DNA of 64,000 bases from an uncultured Chloroflexia bacterium (GTDB lineage Bacteria > Chloroflexota > Limnocylindria > Limnocylindrales > CSP1-4), in the NCBI GenBank assembly GCA_963707215.1, contig CAVPPB010000003.1, positions 1,216,001 to 1,280,000 on the forward strand. The letters run 5' to 3'. Positions 10,142-20,932 of the stretch are shown piece after piece; the first letter of the stretch is position 1; each line of letters opens with the position of its first letter. Both the position numbers and the translations under genes were made by a program. Under the pieces are notes generated by a model. The model searched no databases and was not told where the DNA came from. It saw only the letters and a list, made by a program, of their open reading frames with translations.

Positions 10142-13100
10142 CTAGCTCGGGGCTGCTCCAGGTCGCAGCGCAGGCAGCGGCTTGCCTCCTCCCGGGCGTC
10201 CTCGATCGAGTACCCGTGGTCGGCGGTGGCGCCGCCGGCCTTCCGCGAGGGGCGGAAGCGCTGGCCCGTCTCGACGGGAAGCGGTGGCAGCTCGCTGAGG
10301 ATCTCCGCCGGCGCGAGGTGCTCGTCGATGTCGCCCCTGCCGCCGAGGAAGATGTCGATCGCGCGGGCCATCTCCCGCCCATGGGCGATCGCCTCCACCG
10401 CCGACGCAGGGCCGAAGGCTTCCTCGCGCCCCCCGAAGACACCCTCGACCACGGTCATCGGCTCGACCGGGTCGTCGGGCCCGCGAGCCGGGACCTCGGG
10501 GACATAGCTGGTGCGGGCGGTCGCCGAGATGAAGATCGCGTCGTAGCCCTGTTCCCGCAACTCGGCGATCGAGTGGACCGGGGAATGGGTCCGGATCGTC
10601 ACGCCCGCGTCCCGGATGATCCCCAGGTCACGATCCAGCGCCTCGGTCATCGGGCTGGCCTTGCGGACCCGGGCCTCCCCGGTCGCATCGGGTGGGTGAT
10701 AGCGGAGCATGCCGCCGGGCTCGGCGAGGGCTTCGAACATGGTGACGTCGTGGCGGCCGAGTCGGGCCAGGTAGTAGGCGGCCGTCAGCCCGTCCGGCCC
10801 GGAGCCGATGCACGGCGACGGACTTGCCCGAGAGCGGGCCGCGCTGGCGACGGGGATCCGCACCTCGGCCTGGCCGCCGAAGCGGACCGCGGCGTCCTTG
10901 AGGGCGCGGATGGCGACCCGCTCGTCGAGGTCGCCGCGCCGGCACGACACGCTCGCAGGGGTGGAAGCAGACCACACCGCAGACCGACGGCAGCGGCAGC
11001 TTCTCGCGGACGACCAGGTAGGCATCCTCGAAGTCGCCCTGGCTCGACGAGCCGGACGTAGCGGTGGGCCTCGACGCCCGCCGGGCAGAGGTGGGTGCAG
11101 GGGGCGACCACGAGCGCCCGGGCACGTGCCGGCCCGGCAGTGCTTGCTGCTCGATGTGCTCCACGTACTCCGTCGCGGAAGTACCGGAGCGTCGTCAGGA
11201 CCGGGTTCGGGGCCGTCTGCCCGAGGCCGCACAGGGAGGTGCGCGTGACGGTCCGCCCCAGGCGCTCCAGCAGCGGCAGGTCCTCCGGGCGACCCGTCGC
11301 CGCGGCAGATCCGCTCGAGGATCTCCAGCATGCGCGCGGTCCCCTCTCGACAGGGCGTGCACTGGCCGCAGGATTCGTCTCTGGGTGAAGGTCAGGAAGT
11401 AGCGGGCCAGATCCACCATGCAGGTGCCCTCGTCCATGATGACGAGGCCGCCGGAGCCCATGATCGACCCGGCCTCGCTTGCAGGCTGCTCGTAGTCGAT
11501 CGGCAGGTCGAGGAGCTGGATCGGGAGGCAGCCACCCGAGGGACCGCCGGTCTGGGCCGCCTTGAACTGGCCGCCGCCGGCGATGCCGCCGCCGATCGTC
11601 GCGCGACGACCTCGCCGAGGGTGATCCCCATCGGGACCTCGATGAGGCCCGGTCGGTTGACCTTGCCCGGTCAGGGCGAAGGTCTTCGTGCCCTTGCTCG
11701 TCGGCGGTGCCGAAGCCGGCGAACCAGTCGGCGCCCTCGCGGAGGATGCTCGCACACGTTGGCCAGCGTCTCGACGTTGTTGATGTTCGACGGCTGGCCG
11801 AAGAGGCCCTTCACCGCCGGGAACGGCGGGCGTGGGCGGGGCATGCCGCGACGGCCCTCGATGCTGGCGATCAGGGCCGTCTCCTCGCCGCAGACGAAGG
11901 CCCCGGCCCCGTGCTTGATCTCGATGTCGAAGGAGAACCCACTGCCCAGGATGTCGGGCCCCAGCAGTCCCAGCTCGCGCATCTGGTCGAGCGCGACCTC
12001 CAGGCTGGAGACGGCGAGCGGGTACTCGGCGCGGACGTAGACGTAGCCGTGGCGGGCGCCGATCGCGTAGGCCGCGATGGCACATGCCCTCGAGCACCGC
12101 GTGGGGGTCGCCTTCGAGCACCGAGCGGTCCATGAACGCCCCCGGATCGCCCTCGTCCGCGTTGCAGATGACGTACTTGGGCGTCGCCGGCGAGGCGCGG
12201 CAGAACTCCCACTTCGCAGCCGGTCGGGAAGCCGGCGCCCGCCGCGGCCGCGCAGCCCCGACGCCTTGACCTCCGCGATCACCTCCTCGGGCGTCATCGT
12301 CAGGGCCCGGCGCAGGCCGGCGTAGCCGTCGCGGGCGAGATACTGGTCGACGTCCGTCGGGTCGATCACGCCGCAGTTGCGCAGCGCGATGCGGACCTGG
12401 GAGCGCATGACCGGGAGATCGGCGAGATCGCGGGATGCCCTCGATCCCCCCGCCGCCGACGCTGCCCAGCGCATGCGCCGCTGCGGGCTCGCCGCGCAGG
12501 AGGTGGGCCTCGAGGATGTCACCCACGCTGTTCGGGTCCACGCTGCCGTAGAGGACGCGAGGCCCCCCGGGCGCCTCGATCTCGACGAGCGGCTCCGCGA
12601 AGCACATGCCGAGGCAGCCGACGGGGATCACCTCGGCGGTGACGTGAAGCCGGGCCAGCTCAGCTCGGATCGCGTCGAAGACCTCGCCGGCGCCGGCAGC
12701 GCGGCCACAGGTAGCCAGACCCACGGCGATGACCGCTCGATCACCTCCGTGGAGCGAGTCCCACCGCTCGCGGGCGGCGGCGATCCGCCGATCGAGCTCA
12801 CGCAGGCTCGACAGGCCCGAGCCCGGCATCGGACGGAGATCGGCGAGCCGCGGTGCGACAGGGCCACCGGCCGAGGTGGGCAGCGTCCCGCCCTTGGCTG
12901 CCTCGACGAGCGCCTTCGTCTTGGCCGCCGTCTGACGGCCGTGGACGCTCCCGTCGAGGACGACGACCGGTGCCAGCGCACACGAGCCGAAGCAGGCCAC
13001 CGTCTCCAGGGTGTAGGCCAGGTCCGGCGTCGTGCCGCCTGCCTTGATGCCGAGATGGTCCTCGAGCTCGCGGAGCTGCGACCCGCTGCCGCGGACGTGG

Positions 13101-13372
13101 CACGCGGTCCCGCGGCAGACGGAGATCGTGCTCGCGCCCCGTGGCTCGAAGTGGAACTGTGAGTAGAAGCTCGCGACGCCGAAGACGCGCCCGGCCGAGA
13201 CCCGCAGGTGCTCGGCCGCCGCCGTCATCGCCGGACCCGGCAGATAGCCGGCCTCCTCCTGGATGACCTGGAGCACCGGGATGACGAGACTCGGGTCTCT
13301 CGGGAACCGCCGCTCGAGCTCGGTCCGCCACTCGCCGACCGTCCGGGTGTCCGGACTTCCGATCATCGTCAT
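10142..13372 (-). CDS. NuoE + thioredoxin-like 2Fe-2S + NuoF/HydB + shortened GltD-like fusion (FDH partner subunit); many frameshifts, 3' end approximate
   Basis: GVASFY, VCRGTAC, CFGSC; GLATCG..GCLGMC; NADEGDPGAFMD, GAFVCGEET, GGPSGG; APCTHLCPAG, VCGVVCFHPCE, GSGPDGLTAAYYL, EASRCLRCD. Confidence 0.8.
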
Positions 13373-16213
13373 CGGGGCACCGGCTCGACGTTTGCCACGA
13401 CGCCGGCCCCCGGGCTGCCGTGCCGGAATCGTCCGCCGGGCAGCCTCTCCACCCGGATCGCGCAGTGCTTCAGCTCCGGCGTCTGGGTGACCGGGTCGCC
13501 AGCCTCGATCGTGAGCACGTTGGCGTGGGCCTCCCGGAAGTGGAAGGCCATCCAGCAGACGCCGGGCGGCGACCGGTGGGTGACCCAAGCGCGGACGTCG
13601 ACGCTGCCCCGCCGCGAGCGTCACCCGGACCATCTCCCCGTCGGCGATGCCGAGGCGCTCGGCGTCGGCCGGGCTGATCTCGATCAGCTCCTCGCCGAAG
13701 ACCTGCCTCGAAGCCGGCCGAGCGCCGGGTCTGGGTGCCCGGTGTGGTAGTGCCAGAGCCGGCGACCCGTGCTCAGGACCAGCGGGTACTCGTCGTCCGG
13801 AAGCTCGGACGGCGGCACCCACTCGACCGGGACGAAGCGGCCCTTGCCCCGGGTGAACCGGCCGTCCATGTGCAGGTACGGCGTGCCGGGATGGTCGAGG
13901 GTCGGGGCGGGCCACTGGATCCCGACCTCCTCGCAGCGCTCCCAGGTGATGCCGTGATAGCTCGTGCCGAGCTCGCGGAGCTCCTCCCAGATGTCGGCCG
14001 GGCCGGCGAACCCCATGTCATGGCCCAGCCGGCGGCCCAGCTCGTGGAAGATCCACCAGTCGTCGCGCGCCTCGCCGGGCGGCTCGACCGCCGGGCGGAC
14101 GCGCTGGACCCGGCGCTCGGTGTTCGTGTACGTACCCTCGCCCTCGGCCCAGCAGGTGGCCGGGAAGACGACGTCGGCGAAGGCCGTGGTCTCGGTCTCG
14201 AAGATGTCGTTCACGATGACCAGGTCGGCCGCCTCGAGGAGCCGCGACGTGCGGTTCGTGTTCGGCTCGCTCATCACGATGTTCTCGCCGAAGACGTAGA
14301 GCGCCCGGACGCTGCCGTCCTCGATGCCGCCGAGCATCGCCGGGATGTTGCGGCCGACGGTCGTGGAGAGGCCGGGGCGACCCCACGCCTGCTCGAACTT
14401 GGCGACGACCTCCGGGTCGTCGACCTTCTGGTAGTTCTGGAAGACGTTCGGCAGGGCCCCGACGTCGCAGGCCCCCTGGACGTTGTTCTGGCCGCGCAGC
14501 GGATTGAGCCCGGCGCTGGGCTTGCCCAGGTTGCCGAGGAGCATCTGGAGGTTCGCCAGCGCCTCGACGTTGGCCGTCCCGCAGATGTGCTCGGTGATGC
14601 CGAGGGTGTAGTAGACGCCGGCCGAGCCGGCCTCGCCGAGGATCCGGGCGACACGACGGATCAGGTCGGCCGGGACGCCGGTGATCTCGCTGGTCAGCTC
14701 GAGGTCGTAGCGCCTCGACGACGTCGCGGACGGCCTCGTAGCCCTCGGTGTGCTCGGCGATGAAGGCCTCGTCGGCCCAGCCGTTGCTCGATGATCTCGT
14801 GCATCAGGCCGTTGACCAGGGCGATGTCGGAGCCGATCCGGTGCTGGACGTGGATGTCGGCCCAGCGACACAGGTCGATGACCCGCGGATCGCACACGAT
14901 CAGCGTGGCGCCCCGCTTGCGGGCCCGCTTCATGTAGTACGAGATGACCGGGTGGGCCTCGGTGGTGTTGGAGCCGATGACCAGCAGCACCTCGGCCTGC
15001 TCGATCTCCTGGATCGAGTTGGTCATGGCCCCCGATCCGAACGTTGTCGCCAGACCGGCGACGGTGGGGGCGTGTCAGGTCCTCGCGCAGTGGTCGATGT
15101 TGTTCGTCCCGATCACCGCGCGGGCGAACTTCATGGCCGCGTAGTTGTTCTCGTTGGTGGACCGGGCGCAGGCGATGAGCCCCGATGGCGTCCGGCCCGT
15201 GGACGTCGCGGATCCGCCGAGCCGCTCGCGCGGCGAAGTCGAGCGCCTCGTCCCAGGTCACCGGCCGGAGCGGCTCGTCACGGCTCCGCCGCAGCAGCGG
15301 CGTCGTCAGCCGTTCCGGGCTGGAGGTGAAGTCGTAGGCGAAGCGGCCCTTGAGGCAGAGCATCCCGTCGTTGGGCGGCGTGCCCTCGACGCCGGTCGAC
15401 CCGGACGATCCGGTTGGCGGCCCGGTCGACGTGCAGCTCGACCTGGCAGCCCACGCCGCAGTACGGGCAGGTGGTGCGGACCCGGTCGAGCTCCCACGGG
15501 CGACCCAGGCCGACGGCCTTCTTCTCCACCAGGGCACCGGTCGGGCAGAGCTGGACGCACTCGCCGCAGTGGACGCAGGAGGACTGCGCCCATCGGCACG
15601 TCGTGCGTCGCAGATGACCGTCGAGCGGGTCGCCCCGGTAGCCCATGTCGAGGACCTCGTTCACGACGAGGTCGTTGCAGCCGCGGATGCAGCGGAAGCA
15701 GCTGGATGCACTTGTCGGGGTCACGGACGATGAACTCGCTCGACGCGTCGATCGGCGCGCGTCGCTCGGCGACCGGGAAGGACGGCCGCTCGATGCCAAG
15801 GCGGTAGGCGGCGTCCTGGAGCTCGCAGCGGCCGGTCGCCTCGCACGTCAGGCAGTCGTGCGCGCCGGATGCGAGCAGCAGCTCGACGTTCATCCGCCGT
15901 GCTTCGAGGACCAGCTGGCGAGTCGGTCCGGACGTCCATGCCGTCGCGGACCGGCAGCGAGCAGGTGGTCTGGAGGCCGTTCATCCCCTCGACCTCGGCC
16001 ACGCAGACGCGGCACAGGGCGGCCTGACCGATCCTGGGGTGTAGCAGAGGCTCGGGCACGAAGGAGCCCGCAGCTCGCGGGCGACCTCGAGGACGGTCTG
16101 GCCCTCGCGGGCGGTGACCTCCAGCCCGTCGATGGTGAGTCGCACCGAACGGGGCGCTCGGCCGGGCTTGGCAGCCCGCCGGCGGGCCGCCCGGGGTTCG
16201 TTGCGAGGTCCAT
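13369..16213 (-). CDS. fdhF: Second selenocysteine formate dehydrogenase alpha subunit with N-terminal Fe-S domains (TGA = Sec at 15075-15077); many frameshifts
   Basis: [109 protein letters not shown]. Confidence 0.87.
15046..15062 (-). promoter_or_regulatory. Bacterial SECIS element
   Basis: GTCGCCGGTCTGGCGAC hairpin 12 nt after the TGA on the minus strand; identical to 4864-4880. Confidence 0.85.
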
Positions 16214-16435
16214 CAGCCTCCGCGGTCACGCGGCCCGCCCGGGCACCGTCGGACGGTCGGACGACCCGGCGGGCGTCGCGTCGCACCCAGCGTCGCAGAC
16301 GTCCGCGCGAGGGTGCAGAGGCCGAACGGCCCGAAACGACCGGCCCCCCGGAAGGAGAGGAGGAACCGCCAGCAGGGCCCCTTGGTGGGCCTGCCGCGGC
16401 CGGCGGGTCCGGGCCGCCTGGCGGGTCGGGCTCGC

Positions 16436-17300
16436 CTAGCGGGCCGGGTCCACCCGCTCCGGACGGCTGTAGACGTTGAAGCTCGGACCGCGGAGGAAGC
16501 CGACGACGGTGACACCGAGCCGCTCGGCCGCCTCGACGGCCAGGTCGGACGGCGCCGAGATCGCCGCCAGGACGGGCGTTCCCGCGACCGCGGCCTTCTG
16601 GACGATCTCGAAGCTGACCCTGCCGGAGACGAGGACGACCCGGTCGTGGAGCGGCAGGGTCCCCGGCCAGCAGCTGCGAGCCGACCAGCTTGTCGAGCGC
16701 GTTGTGCCGACCGACGTCCTCGCGAAGCGCGACGAGCTCGCCATCGGCGGTGAAGAGCGCCGCGGCGTGGAGGCCGCCGGTCCGCTCGAAGACGGCCTGG
16801 GCCGCCCGCATCCGGTCCGGCAGGGCCAGGAGCGTCGAAGCGGCCACCGTCGGCCCGGCGGGGATCGGATCGCACCGGACGACGACCTCGTCGATCGAGG
16901 CCTTGCCGCAGATCCCGCAGGAAGCCGTCGCGACGAAGTGCCGCTCGGCCATCGCCGACGCGTCGAACGGCCCCGCCAGGCGGACCAGCACCGTGTCGTC
17001 CGGCTGGGCGGCATCACCGGGGTCGGCCACCTCGAAGCCGAGGATCTCGGGCCCCTCGACCAGGCCCTCGGTTCGCAGGAAGCCGGCGGCCAGCTCGGCC
17101 TCGTCGCCCGGGGTTCGCATCGTGACGGCGATCGCGACCGGCGCCTGCCCGGGCCCGGCGGCCCGGATCTCGAGCGGCGCCTCCCCGACGAGGCGGTCGT
17201 CACGCCGTTCGATGGACCCGTCGCGAACCACGAGCACCGGCGCGGTCGTGACGTGGCGGGTCGGCGGCGCCTCCGAGGGCGGGTCCGGGATGGCGTCCAT
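16436..17300 (-). CDS. fdhD: Formate dehydrogenase accessory sulfurtransferase FdhD (one frameshift near 16660)
   Basis: [33 protein letters not shown], then [12 protein letters not shown] in the adjacent frame. Confidence 0.92.
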
Positions 17301-17335
17301 CGGGCGAGTGTAGGCGGTGGCGAGCGATCCCCGCG

Positions 17336-18001
17336 TCAGCCGCAGTCGGCCCTGCCGAGCGACGCGGTCAGGTCCTGGGCCTGCTCAACCGCTCCGGCCA
17401 CGGCGTCGAGGGCCTCGAGGAGCGCCCCGATCCTGGCCAGGCCCTCGGCGTCGGTCCAGGCGATGCCCAGGTCGGCGGCGACTCCGAAGGCGACGTACAT
17501 CGCGTCGGCGTCGCGGTGGGCCTCCGCGTAGCAGGCCGCGGGCGGATGGTCGACCAGCCAGGCTCGCTCCCGCTCGACGAGCGCAAGGATGTCCAGGGCT
17601 GCCGACCGCACCCCGGCGTCGTCGCCGCCCTGCGCGGCGGCCTGGAGCTCGGTCATCAGCTGATCCGCCTCCTGGCGAGCGCTGCCGAGCCGGAGGACGA
17701 AGTCGGCGAACGCCAGCTGGGGGTCGGCCGGCGAGGTCCGGGCGGGCGTGGGAGCGACCCCGGGGGTCGGCGCTGCGGGGGTGGGCAGGCCGCCGCTCGG
17801 CGAACCGCCGGGATCGGGCGACGGGGAGGTCGCGGGGCTGCCGGCCGGCGACCCCGATGCTTCTCCGCCCGACGGGGCGGAGGGGTCCCCCTGGGCGCCG
17901 GTCGCAGGCCCCAGGAACGACGTCGTCACGAGCACCGCGACGAGCAGGGCGAGGCCGATCAGGCCGAAGCCGAAGACGGGGACGAGGGGCGACCGCTGCA
18001 C
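17336..18001 (-). CDS. Hypothetical membrane-anchored protein with a Pro/Ser-rich linker
   Basis: N-terminal TM helix, low-complexity linker and helical C-terminal domain; TAGACT-N6-GTG leaderless start. Confidence 0.7.
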   Translation of the reverse strand: MQRSPLVPVFGFGLIGLALLVAVLVTTSFLGPATGAQGDPSAPSGGEASGSPAGSPATSPSPDPGGSPSGGLPTPAAPTPGVAPTPARTSPADPQLAFADFVLRLGSARQEADQLMTELQAAAQGGDDAGVRSAALDILALVERERAWLVDHPPAACYAEAHRDADAMYVAFGVAADLGIAWTDAEGLARIGALLEALDAVAGAVEQAQDLTASLGRADCG

Positions 18002-18081
18002 GGCCCGAGTCTATCCGGGGATGCCGGACGGGCCCGCCACAGGCCGTTCGCGGCCGTTCCTGGCCCCTCGTCGCCTCGTGG

Positions 18082-19383
18082 CTACTCGCGGCGCAGGTAG
18101 AGCGCCGGAGCGACCGGGCGCAGGCAGTGGGTGCTGGCCATCGCCTGCTCGTAGCCGCCCGAGTTGAGGATCGCGACGACGGACCCCTCCTCGACGGGGG
18201 GCATCGGGTAGTCCTCGGCGAACACGTCGCCTGCCTCGTTGATGTGACCGGCGACGGTCACCAGCTCGGTCCGGGGAGCGTCGGGGTCCCGCGCGGGAAC
18301 GACCTCCTGGGCGTAGCGGTACACGAAGTACGACTGCGAGACGTTCCAGCCCAGGTCCAGACCCACGAAGCGGGTGCCGGCCCGGTCCTCGACCGTGACG
18401 ACCTCGCCGAGCAGGAGCGCGGCGTCCTTGACGACGTAGTCGCCGGGCTCGCAGGCGATCGTGACCCCCAGCGGGCCGAGGTGACGGGCGAGCAGCGCGG
18501 CATAGGCGTCGACGTCGACGGGGACCTCGGAGGCTCGGGCCGGGGCGCCCAGACCGCCGCCCACGTTGACCTCGATGATCGGGCAGCCGGCCGCGAGGAG
18601 CCGCCGGGTCATCGAGTCGACGCGTACCAGGGCCGCCTCGAAGCTCGCCAGGTCGTCGCCGAGCCAGCCCGAGCCGGCGTGGACGTGGACCGTGTCGATG
18701 GCCATCCCGTGGCGCCGGGCGACCTCGACCGTCTCGTCGAGGCGGTCCTCGAGGATGCCGAACTTGGTCGGCCGGTCGCCAGCATAGGCCAGGCCCTCGT
18801 GGTAGCCCGCTCCGGCGCCCGGGTTGACGCGCACGCCCACGGTCGAGCCGGGTGCCCGCCGACCGACCCGCTCGAGCTGGGAGATCGCGTCGAGGTTGAG
18901 ATGGACCGGCTCGGCCAGGAGCACGTCCAGGTCACGCTCGGACACGTTCGTCCCGGTGAAGCTGATCTCCTCTGCCCGCCAGCCGGTGGCCAGCGCGTGG
19001 ACGACCTCGCCCGGGGAGCAGGCGTCGATGCCGATCGCCTCGGGGGTGCCCGGCTCGCCGAGCCCGCGCAGCACGGCCAGGACCTCGGGCTCACGGTTGG
19101 CCTTGAGGGCGAACCGCAGGCGATACGGCGAGCCGGTCCGGGCCAGGGCGTCGCGGAGCCGTACCGCGTTCTCGGCGACCCGGTCGAGGTCGTAGACGTA
19201 GAGCGGCGTGCCCTGCTCGCGGGCCAGCGCCTCGACGTCCCGGCCCGCGAAGACGAAGCGGCCCGCCCGGGTCTCCTGGCCCGGCCGCTCCCACCACGGC
19301 CGGCGGGACGGATCGCCGTCGGGCCGGTCGTGCCATGGCGTGGACGGCACGGCGGGGCCGCGGTCGGCGGTCGGGGCGGTCAC
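18082..19383 (-). CDS. lysA: Diaminopimelate decarboxylase family protein (PLP, fold III)
   Basis: GTPLYVYD, FALKAN, HVHAGSG, NVGGG and CEPG motifs; GTG overlaps the upstream stop. Confidence 0.85.
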   Translation of the reverse strand: MTAPTADRGPAVPSTPWHDRPDGDPSRRPWWERPGQETRAGRFVFAGRDVEALAREQGTPLYVYDLDRVAENAVRLRDALARTGSPYRLRFALKANREPEVLAVLRGLGEPGTPEAIGIDACSPGEVVHALATGWRAEEISFTGTNVSERDLDVLLAEPVHLNLDAISQLERVGRRAPGSTVGVRVNPGAGAGYHEGLAYAGDRPTKFGILEDRLDETVEVARRHGMAIDTVHVHAGSGWLGDDLASFEAALVRVDSMTRRLLAAGCPIIEVNVGGGLGAPARASEVPVDVDAYAALLARHLGPLGVTIACEPGDYVVKDAALLLGEVVTVEDRAGTRFVGLDLGWNVSQSYFVYRYAQEVVPARDPDAPRTELVTVAGHINEAGDVFAEDYPMPPVEEGSVVAILNSGGYEQAMASTHCLRPVAPALYLRRE

Positions 19384-19628
19384 CGGGCGCGGCCCGAGCC
19401 GGGCACCCAGCGATCGGGACCCGGCTCGACCGCCACCCCGATCCCCTCGAGCAGGCGGGTCGCGCTGGCGGCGATCTCCTCGATGGCAGTCTCGAAGGCG
19501 GTCTCGTTGACTCGCGAGGGCGCGCGGTAGCCGCTCAGCTTGCGGACGAACTGGCGGGCGGCAGCCTCGACCTCGCCGGTGGTCGCGGTGGTCTCGGGAC
19601 GACGGAGCTGCTTGATGCTTCGGCACAT
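19380..19628 (-). CDS. DUF2277 family protein
   Basis: MCRSIKQLR...AAARQFVRKLSG...N.TAF signature. Confidence 0.85.
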   Translation of the reverse strand: MCRSIKQLRRPETTATTGEVEAAARQFVRKLSGYRAPSRVNETAFETAIEEIAASATRLLEGIGVAVEPGPDRWVPGSGRAR

Positions 19629-19646
19629 GCGCGTACGGTAGGGCCG

Positions 19647-20591
19647 ATGGGACTCGCCCGCCAGCCCGACGCAGGATCGCGCCGCCGCCCCGGGCCCGGT
19701 TGGTGGCTGCTGCGGATCGCCGTGGCGATCGTGGTCGGTCTCGTCGTCGCCCTCGGGGTCGACGTCGTCCGGTCCGGGGGACCGCAGGCCTGGCTGGCCC
19801 GCCACGGGCTCGGGGTAGTGGGCGTCCTCGCCTACCGACCCGAGGGCGAGCTGGTGGACGTCGAGGGCCGGCGCCTCTACCTCGACTGCAGGGGCGAGGG
19901 CTCGCCGACGGTCGTCCTCCAGGCCGGGCTCGGGACCGGCGCCGAGACCTGGGCGGCCGTCCTGGGCGACCTGGCCGCGACGACCCGGACCTGCGCCTAC
20001 GATCGGCCGGGCATCGGTCGCAGCGACCCGGGCTCCACGCTGGACCACGCGGCCGCGACGACGGACCTGGCCGGAGCGCTGGCCGCCGCAGGCGAGCGGC
20101 CACCCTACGTCCTGGTTGGCCACTCGCTGGGCGCCGACATGGTCCGGGTCCACGCCTCCGAGCACCGGGAGGACGTCGTCGGGCTCGTGCTGGTCGATGG
20201 CTTCGAGCCCGACCTCTTCGAGGCGAACGTGGCGCCGCTCCTGGGTCCACTGGCGGACGAGTACCTGGCCCGCCAAGCCTCGCTCTGGGATCTCGTCCGC
20301 CGCAGCGAGGGGCTCGACCCCGCCCGCTCGACCGAGCAGCTCCGGGCCGCCGACCTCCGCGGCCTGCCGATCGAGGCGGTCGTAGCGGCCCGCGGCGAGC
20401 CGCGCCTCGACGAGGCCACGAACGCCGCCATCCGGGCCGCCGCCGAGGCCGGCTACGACGCGCTCTCGCCGGGCCTGACCCGGCTCACGCTCGCCTACGG
20501 CTCGGGTCACCTCGTCCAGTTCGACCGACCCGAGCTGGTCGTCGAGGCGGTCCGCCGGATCGTGGAGGTCGCGCGATCCCCCGGCGGCTGA
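19647..20591 (+). CDS. Alpha/beta hydrolase with an N-terminal TM helix
   Basis: CAYDRPGIGRSD, VGHSLG nucleophile elbow and SGHLVQFDRP. Confidence 0.9.
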   Translation: MGLARQPDAGSRRRPGPGWWLLRIAVAIVVGLVVALGVDVVRSGGPQAWLARHGLGVVGVLAYRPEGELVDVEGRRLYLDCRGEGSPTVVLQAGLGTGAETWAAVLGDLAATTRTCAYDRPGIGRSDPGSTLDHAAATTDLAGALAAAGERPPYVLVGHSLGADMVRVHASEHREDVVGLVLVDGFEPDLFEANVAPLLGPLADEYLARQASLWDLVRRSEGLDPARSTEQLRAADLRGLPIEAVVAARGEPRLDEATNAAIRAAAEAGYDALSPGLTRLTLAYGSGHLVQFDRPELVVEAVRRIVEVARSPGG

Positions 20592-20932
20592 CGGGCAGTG
20601 GACGGACCGTCGATCATCGGCCTGGCTGATGCGACACGCGGTCAGCGCGCTGCCTCGACCCACGGTTCGGTCGATCCGGCCGAGGCGCCAAGCTTGCTGA
20701 TCGGCGGCCTCATCGCCCCCACCGATGTTGAACCCGGTGCGGGGCTGGCGGGCCGATCTCGAGCCGATGCCGCCATGGGAGCCCTGTCAGCCTGCTCTAC
20801 GCTCAGGCGTGAGCGATGACCGCGAGCAGCACCGCTCGGATCGTGCCCGACCGACGGCCCACCCGGCCCTCTCGAACAGGGCCCGCTCGCTCGGTCCGCC
20901 GGACCCGCGACCGCGGGCGTATCCTCGCCAGG

